NCBI GenBank assembly: GCA_951406725.2
Contig: OX597830.1
Location: forward strand, 7,626,001-7,690,000
Reading direction: 5' to 3'
Origin: Octopus vulgaris
Taxonomy: Eukaryota
Length of the DNA stretch: 64,000 nucleotides
Within the stretch, counting starts at the first letter, position 1, and each line of letters opens with the position of its first letter. The translations under genes and the position numbers were made by a program. A model generated the notes under the pieces. That model was not told the DNA's origin. It worked only from the letters and a program-made list of their open reading frames with translations, and did no database searches. Shown here in pieces: positions 55,725-64,000 of this stretch.

Positions 55725-56860
55725 CCAACGACCGCGTGATCTCCAACCACTCCTTATTCCAGCGGCGAACGCCGTAGATATGGGGACCTAGGTTGGGTTC
55801 CAGATCAGCCTTGACTGTCATCAGCTAGGTTTTTCGTTGTTCACCACATCGCTTTCGCCAACCCTGAAGGGGAGCTGGGGCAATTGCTTTGTAGATGAAT
55901 TCTCCTGGTTGACGACGGAGGGCATGACCCAGCCAACACAGACGCCTCGTTAGGATGACTTGTCAGAGGGAGGTGATTCTGCACTGGTGTCGCACCGAAT
56001 TGTTGGAGACAAAGTGATGCTATCGGGCATGAAGGGTGCGGCATAGACAGAGGTGATCGAAGGATTCTAGTCGCTTAATATCTTCCACCCTCATTGGCCA
56101 TGACTCGCTGCCGTAAAGGAGAATCGTTCGCACTAGTGCTTGGTAGATCCTTTCTTTGGTGGTGCGTCGGATCTCAGATCTTGAGCAGAGTCGTGCACTG
56201 AGTCGGTTGAAGGCTTGGCGAGCGAGGTCGATTCGTGTTATAATGTCAGCCTCACCTTGACCTGTAGCTGTAATGATGGCGCCAAGGTATTTGAAACTCT
56301 CAACCTCTTCAAGAATATCACCATTGCGGACAATGGGTGTTTTGTCTGGTGGGGCAAAGCCGGCTGTGAGGATTTTGGTCTTCGAGGCATTGACTTTCAT
56401 ACCAATCTGCGATGCAACACGCTGGAGCTCATTGATAGCAAACTGGACGTCAGCAAATGTTTCACCAAGTATCGCAATGTCATCTGCATAGTCTAGATCC
56501 TTGACGGAAAAGTTGTGACCAACAGTGATACCGGGGAAACTCCCTTAATGCATTTGTGGTGATCCAGTCGATGGCGTAATTGAAAAGAGTTGGCGAAAGA
56601 ACACATCCCTGCCGAACGCCAGACCGTATTTCGAAGGGTTCCGACACTTCACCATACACGCGTACGCGGTATCTTGTTGAGCGGTAATAAGCTTTGATAA
56701 GATTGAGAAGTTTAGGTGGGATACCATCTGCCTGCATGACCTTCCAGAGGGTGTCACGAGTCGAATGCAGCATCTGAGACGATTCCAATCAGAATGTGAC
56801 TCTAGAACAAGACCAAACCAGTGTAGTTTCCGTCCAAATCGATGCTGCACCGATCAAATC
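55725..56860 (-). mobile_element. RTE-clade LINE RT fragment, frameshifted
   Basis: SGVRQGCVLSPTLFNYAIDW, DLDYADDIA, KVNASKTKIL, VESFKYLG, LLYGSESW. Confidence 0.9.
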
Positions 56861-57207
56861 TTATTTAATCGACCCCGAAAGGATGAAAGGCAAAGTCGAC
56901 CTCGGCGGAATTTGATCTCAGAACGTAACGGCAGACGAAATACCTATTTCTTTACTACACATAAGGAGCTAAACACAGAGAGGACAAACAAGGACAGACA
57001 AACAGATTAAGTCGATTATATCGACCCCAGTGCGTGACTGGTACTTATTTAATCGACCGCGAAAGAATGAAAGGCAAAGTCGACCTCGGTGGAATTTGAA
57101 CTCAGAACGGCAGAGGAAAAACCTATTTCTTCACTACTCATAAGGGGCTAAACACAGAGAGGACAAACAAGGACAGACAAAGATTAAGTCGATTATATCG
57201 ACCCCAG
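56860..57207 (-). mobile_element. Tandem partial OK-like SINE units (~180-bp period)
   Basis: TTATTTAATCGACC..AAACACAGAGAGGACAAACAAGG repeated twice. Confidence 0.8.
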
Positions 57208-57723
57208 AAGAAGAAGAAGAAGAAGAAGAAGAAGAAGAAGAAGAAGAAGGAGGAGGAGGAGGAGGAGGAGGAGGAGGAGGAGGAGGAGGAGTAGAAGAAG
57301 AAGAAGAAGAAGAAGAAGAAGAAGAAGAAGAAGAAGAAGAAGAAGAAGAAGAAGAAGAAGAAGAAGGAGGAGGAGGTTAACAGGAAGCCATTACAATAAA
57401 TACTATATAACAATTACAAAATAAAAGAAAAGAAATGAAAGGATCTTGCTTCCAGTATTTCTCAAACACGTCTCGTCGACGCCATCTTCATTCAACCTAG
57501 AATAGGACAATCCACAGGTCATGGTAATTTCTCCTCCTCCTCCTCCTTTTCTAAATATATATGCACACACACACACGCACACGCACACACACACATACAT
57601 ATGTATGTATATATATGTATAAATACACACACATACACATACACACACACAAACATAACAATATATAGATGTGTGTGTGTGCAAGCATGAATGCATGCAT
57701 GTATGAATGTACGAATGGAAATA

Positions 57724-58633
57724 CAGGGTGTCCATAAAGTCTCTTTACAATTTTAAAATTTTATTACAAAGGCAGTTGACAAGATATCTTCACCAGATTT
57801 GTTTTATTGTAACAATTGTTTATTAAAGTTTTTTTTAATTGTTATTTAATAGACCTCAATATGGGCACCATTAGTTGCTCGAAGCACATCAAGACGGTAC
57901 TCGATTTCTTGCCAAGTTCGCTGTAGGATAGCCTCATCAACGGTGACAATGGCATTACGAATCGTTTGCTTCAAGTCAGCAATGTCCCGCATCTTTGTTT
58001 GATACACAATATCTTTTACATAACCCCATAAAAAGAAGTCCAAGGGAGTGATATCTGGCGAACGCGATGGCCATGGAACTGGCCCATCCCTTCCAATCCA
58101 TCGGTCTGGAAATGTTTGATTGAGGAACTGACGAACATGCCGACCCCAATGTGGTGGTGCACCATCTTCCTGGAAAATGATGGTTGGTTGTAAATCAATC
58201 AGTTGTGGTGCCACATATTCGGTCAGAAGGTCGAGGTAAACATCTGCAGTATTTTTTGCCTCATTAAAGAAAAATGGACCAATTATTCGATTGCACATGA
58301 TTCCACACCACAAATTCACTTTTGGACTATCCCGTTGAAGCTCCTTAGTCCCATGGGGGTGTTCTGATCCCCAGATTCTCAGATTTTCTGAACATCCGAT
58401 TTTGTTTCAATAAACTAGGATACACATTGTGCCTTTTCATGAGGAGTAACCATTTTATAGGGGTTCAGTGAACCAGTTCCCTCCCATCAACAGAGTATCT
58501 GAAGCACAAAAATTTAATATCAATAAAAACATTAATAAACAATTATTAAAATAAAACAAATCTGGTTAAAATATTTTAATAACTGCCTTTGTAATAATTC
58601 TTTAAATTGTAAAGAGACTTTACGGACACCCTG
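57724..58633 (-). mobile_element. Tc1/mariner DD41D (rosa) transposon, internally deleted, 910 bp
   Basis: ~110-bp imperfect TIRs CAGGGTGTCC../..GGACACCCTG, TA TSDs at 57722-23 and 58634-35. Confidence 0.92.
57846..58453 (-). pseudogene. DD41D transposase lacking most of the DNA-binding domain and the first Asp
   Basis: MVTPHEKAQCVS*..; FQEDGAPPHW..WPSRSPDITPLDFFLWGYVK with 41 aa between D2 and D3. Confidence 0.88.
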
Positions 58634-58859
58634 TACTATTTGTAGATTGTATCATTATATATATATATATATGAAGACAGTACTTAAAGGTGAACCACTT
58701 GAATTTGCTTTGTTTTGGAAGCACCAAATATGTATGTGCCATGCATTTTAAAATTTCCTTAATTGTTCTTGAGTCTAAAATTCGTTTTTTATAATAATAT
58801 AATATGCTCTGGTTAATTAAAAAATTCTGAAACCCCGTGGAAAAATTATGAAATGGCAT

Positions 58860-59410
58860 CGTTACTCCTTGCTTCTAAACTCCACACAGCTGTTGGAAAT
58901 TTAGTATGCATCTTTCTAAATTGACCAGAAGGATCTACACATAATCTTCTGTCATTTCTCCGGTTAGACGTTTGGTCTTGTCTGATGATTTTCTTACCAT
59001 AGAAGATCCATATATGTCATGTCATGTTCGCGAGTGTTTTTAACTTTGAAGTAATCGCTTGGCATGGATCAGAGTGTTTTTCTTTGTCCTCGCAGACATG
59101 AACTGACTTCTCAATATGCACGACTTGAGTCGAACATCCTCCTGTCCTACAGTTCTGATAATCCACTTCCACACCTTAAGTACTTCGACAATGGCCATCA
59201 TTGATTTTCCAGTATCAGCGATGGTTTGAAACCATATCCTTATAATACCCGTTCGTTTAATTTTTAGCTCTTTGATACAGTGGAATCATTCCCGCCAGGA
59301 GCTTCCCATTCCATCCGAAATTTGTGTAGAAAAGATTTTGCAATAATGAGAAAGCTGGTAATTTCTCAGTTTGCATATCTTTTCATTTCTTGTACTGTCA
59401 TGGTGGAATC
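58860..59410 (-). mobile_element. Degraded maT-like (DD37D group) transposase fragment
   Basis: Minus strand EDVRLKSCILRSQFMSARTK..QDQTSNRRNDRRLCVDPS. Confidence 0.6.
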
Positions 59411-59525
59411 TGAACAGAAAAAAAGTTTTAATTTGTTTGAAGAGACTAACATACCAAGAATTAAGGGCCCGCAAATGCTCTTTGCATCATATATATACAT
59501 ATACTTGCATACATACAGACACACA

Positions 59526-59628
<103 letters not shown>

Positions 59629-59647
59629 CATATATATATAGAGAGAG

Positions 59648-59766
<119 letters not shown>

Positions 59767-59768
59767 AT

Positions 59769-59802
<34 letters not shown>

Positions 59803-59852
59803 CATATATATATACATATACTTGCATACATACAGACACACACACGAGAGAG

Positions 59853-59978
<126 letters not shown>

Positions 59979-60255
59979 AAATATCGCTTCATACAGGATT
60001 AAGATTTTGTATTCTTGTGTGTATATGTACGTGCATGTGTGTATTTATACGTGTGTGTATACGAGGGTCTGTGTCTGAGTGAGTGTATGTGTGTGTGTGC
60101 GCGCGCGCGCATGTGTGTGTTTGTTTACTATAAGCACAACTACAAAATGTATATGACCATCAACGTTCATTTCTATTGTCTGACAGCAGGATGTATGTTT
60201 AAAGACGTGTATGTGTGTCTGTATTTAAATAAGTACACATATATAGATGTGAGTG

Positions 60256-60317
<62 letters not shown>

Positions 60318-60350
60318 CATCAAATTAATAAAAAAAGGAGGGAATCTATG

Positions 60351-60385
<35 letters not shown>

Positions 60386-60781
60386 GTATACATATATTAT
60401 GTATGTATGTACGTTCGTATGTATGTATGTATGTATGTATGTATGTATGTATGTATGTATGTATGTATGTATGTATGTATGTATGTAGGCGTGTGTGTAT
60501 GTATGTAGGCGTGTGTGTATATGTGAATAGAATAACAGGATACTGTCGAACTAATCAATTAGCCACACACTCGTCGGTATCATTTCACGGACCGATCCTC
60601 CAATCTCTCTGTTATTGCATACCACATCAAATATAGGCCACTGCCTGTCGCTCTCCACAGTCAGACAGACAGACAAATAGATAAACAGCTAGATAGATAG
60701 GCGAAAAGACATACAGACACGCAGATAGATAGATAGATAGATAGACAGATAGATAGACAGACAGACAGACAGATAGATAGC

Positions 60782-60900
<119 letters not shown>

Positions 60901-61099
60901 GTCTACGCCAATCAAGCGAATCTCACGCCATCACTCATAAGTCATCCCATCATTTTCATAGTCTTTTTCCTCGAACGTCTTACTCGTGTTTCCGCAGTTT
61001 TTTTCCCCTCCATTTCTGTCACTTGCCATCCAACTCGGTACGTCTCGAATAAAGCCCAATTAGGACAATTTTATACAAGCGTTCATTTTCGCCACTCAC

Positions 61100-61660
61100 T
61101 CTCCTTAGAAGGGGATCGTGAGGGAGTAGAGTCCTCAGTTACCTCTAACCTAGGCTTCTACCAGAAGCAAACAGCATTGCACTTTCCGGCTAGACTCCGG
61201 ACCAACTGAGACTGTGGATTACTATTCCCCCATCTCACTCTTAGTCCTCCCCTAGGTCTCCTGCCACTTGGCTCCGCTTCAAGAATGCATCTGGCGATTC
61301 TTTTCTGCAGCATTCAAACCACACGTCCGAAGTAGTGGACATTTGATCTCTCAACATGGAGAAATAGCAACTAGGCCTGTTATAAATCCCTATTACATTA
61401 ACAATCGCTCATATTTTTTCTGTTGGCCACATGATCTGACCATCTGCTTTCTCGTAATCTGTTGGGTTGTCAGATAAATTCGTTAGTTCTTTCTATTTTG
61501 CCCCCATTCCCCATTAAGTCTAAACAGAGTTGAAATTTGTTCAAATTTCAAAAGCGATGAATGGTTAAAAGCCATCAGACGCTGCGTTCTTTAGCTTCGT
61601 TAGAATGGGAGCAGTCCGGATACTTTTATGGATCAGATCACATTGACAGGAGTTGATTGC
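61100..61660 (-). mobile_element. Degraded RTE-like LINE 3' fragments
   Basis: Minus strand EAEPSGRRPRGGLRVRW and SRWSDHVANR. Confidence 0.5.
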
Positions 61661-61709
61661 GACGATCTCAGCTGTTTAAATGTTACACTTTATCCAAGCT
61701 GATAATAAT

Positions 61710-62755
61710 GGTTCCAAATTTTGGCAAAAAGCCAGGAATTTCGGAAGATCCTGGTGCTTAGCTGGTACTCCTTTCATTGACCCCGAAGGGATGAAAGCCA
61801 AAGTTGACCTCGGCGAAATTTGAACTCAAAACATAGAGACAGACACAACCATTCTCTCGGCGTGCTAATAATTCTGCCAGCTCGCTCGGTTTCTCAAGCC
61901 AATACTATCAGTTTCAAAGTTTGGCACATGGCCATCAATTTCGGAGGAGAAGATAAGTCAATTACATCGATCCTCAGTACATAACTGGTACTTATTTCAT
62001 TGGCCATAACTGGTACTTATTTCATTGACCTTGGTTGCATTTGAACTCAGAACATGAAAAGCGATGCTTAGCGTTTTGTCCAGCGTGCTAGCAATTCCGC
62101 CATCTGGCCTACTTTCCTCCAAACCGATAATATTGACTATACAATATTATTTCTACTAAAGGCACACGGCCTGAAATTTGTGGAGAGACACATAGCTGTT
62201 AACAACGACCCCAGTACTCAACTGGTACTTAACTTATCAACTCCGAAACGATGAATGGCAAAGCCGACCACGGCGGAATTTGAACTCCGAATGTAGCGGC
62301 AGACGAAATACCGCTAAGCATTTCGTCCGGCGTGCTAACGATTCTGTCAGCTCGACAACTTTTTTCGAACTTTGGCACAAGGCCAGTAATTTTGGTAGAA
62401 GGAGATAAGCCGATCACATTGAACCCAGTGTTCAACTGGTCTTTATGTTATCGACCCCGAAAGGATGAAAGGCAAAGTCGGCCTCGGCGGAATTTGATCT
62501 CAGAATGTAACGGCAGACAAAATAACCTATTTCTATACTACCCACAAGGGGATAAACACAGAGAGGACAAACAAGGAGAGACAAACGGATTAAGTCGATT
62601 ATATTGACCCCCAGTGCGTACTTATTTAATCGACCCCGAAAGGATGAAAGGCAAAGTCGACCTCGGCAGAATTTGAACTCAGAAATTAACGGCAGACGAA
62701 ATACGGCTACGCATTTCGCCCGGCGTGCTAACGGTTCTGCCAGCTCGCCGCCTTC
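61710..62755 (-). mobile_element. Cluster of about 5 OK-like SINE copies of different ages
   Basis: Repeated GATGAAAGGCAAAGTCGACCTCGGCGGAATTTGAACTC blocks. Confidence 0.85.
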
Positions 62756-63049
62756 CCTCCAAGCCGATAATCCTACCTACACATTATCGTGGTAGACTTC
62801 ATGTACGAAGTTTCTGTCTTCGGGATCGATATGAGCGCTGCATGAATGTCCCTACATCACACCTCTTTTCCCCAAACCGGCTTATCTAAGGAACTCCAAT
62901 TTCTTTTCTGGGTTAATAGGTGAAAGGGACCTTCGAGACCAAATCATTGATTCGCTGTGAAATTACAGAAGCTTGTACTATCATTTCATGTAGGTTTGTT
63001 TTGTGGTTTCTTTTTACCTTTTTTTGTCTCCTTGTTATTAAACAATTCA

Positions 63050-63343
63050 TTTCTTGTTATTAGTGTTGTTGTTGCTACTGCTGTTGTTGTTGTTATTATT
63101 GTTGTTGTTGTTGTTGTTGTTGATGATGATGATGGTGGTGGTGTACTTGTTGTTCTTGCTGCTGATAAATTGGGTTTGGCAGTTGACGTTGATCATGATG
63201 ACGATGATGATGATGACGATAATCATGATGATGATCATGATCATGATGATGATGATGATCATCATGATCATGGTGGTGATGATGATGGTGATGGTGATGA
63301 TGATGATTATGATGATGAGGATGATGATGATGATGATGATGAT

Positions 63344-63375
<32 letters not shown>

Positions 63376-64000
63376 CGACGACGATGATGATGATGATGAC
63401 GACGATGATGATGATGATATTTTCACTCATGTTATTTCTCTGGTTGATGATGTTATCTTAAGATATTCGTTGTTGTTGTTGTTCTTGTAGCTGTTGCTAA
63501 CATTTACCTTTTCCCTTTTTTCTCTCCAATTTTGTTGTTTTCTTGTTTATTTATCCCTTGATGTTTTTGATGTTGTTGTTGCTGGCAAGGACAATATTAA
63601 CAACAAAAAGAGAGAAACGATGATGATGATGATGACGACGACGATGATGATATTGATGATGATGATGATGATGATGGTGGTGATGATGAAGACGATAGCA
63701 GTCGTGAGTGCAACAGTGGTGGTGATGCTGGTGACAGTGGTGGTCTTGGTGGTGGTGGTAGTGGTGGTGGTGGTGGTGGTGATGTTGGTGGTGGTGGTGG
63801 TGGTGGTGATGGTGATGGTAGTGGTGGTGGTGGTGGTGATGGTGGTGGTCTTGGTGGTGGTGGTGGTGGTGGTGGTGGTGGTGGTGGTGATGGTGGTGGT
63901 GGTGGTGGTGGTGGTGGTGGTGATGGTGCTGGTGCTGGTGCTGGTGCTGGTGGTGGGGATGTTGTTGGTGGTGGTGGTGATGGTGATGGTAGTGGTTGTG
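63050..64000. repeat. Compound trinucleotide repeats (GTT/GAT/GAC/GGT)n
   Basis: Direct inspection. Confidence 0.9.

Overview
AT-rich eukaryotic genomic DNA saturated with microsatellites ((AT)n, (GATA)n, (CATA)n, (GT)n, (ATT)n) and transposon relics. The two dominant SINE families and the repeat density suggest an Octopus or other coleoid cephalopod intronic/intergenic region (inference). No intact host gene is supportable, and most listed ORFs are microsatellite translations. Recognisable relics are CR1/L2-like, RTE, R4/Dong and HERO LINE fragments, DD41D (rosa), maT and mariner transposons, hAT and Tigger-like MITEs, a non-autonomous Helitron, and Penelope-like (PLE) RT and endonuclease fragments. 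The main discovery is a very young insertion at 26041-27396, made of a 492-bp monomer in tandem and then inverted. It carries three intact type I hammerhead ribozymes with an unusually long stem II, consistent with a non-LTR retrozyme / circular-RNA replicon. About ten other hammerhead-like motifs from unrelated families occur across the window, several in fold-backs with the same 3'-ends-outward geometry. All structures were paired by eye and boundaries of old elements are approximate.
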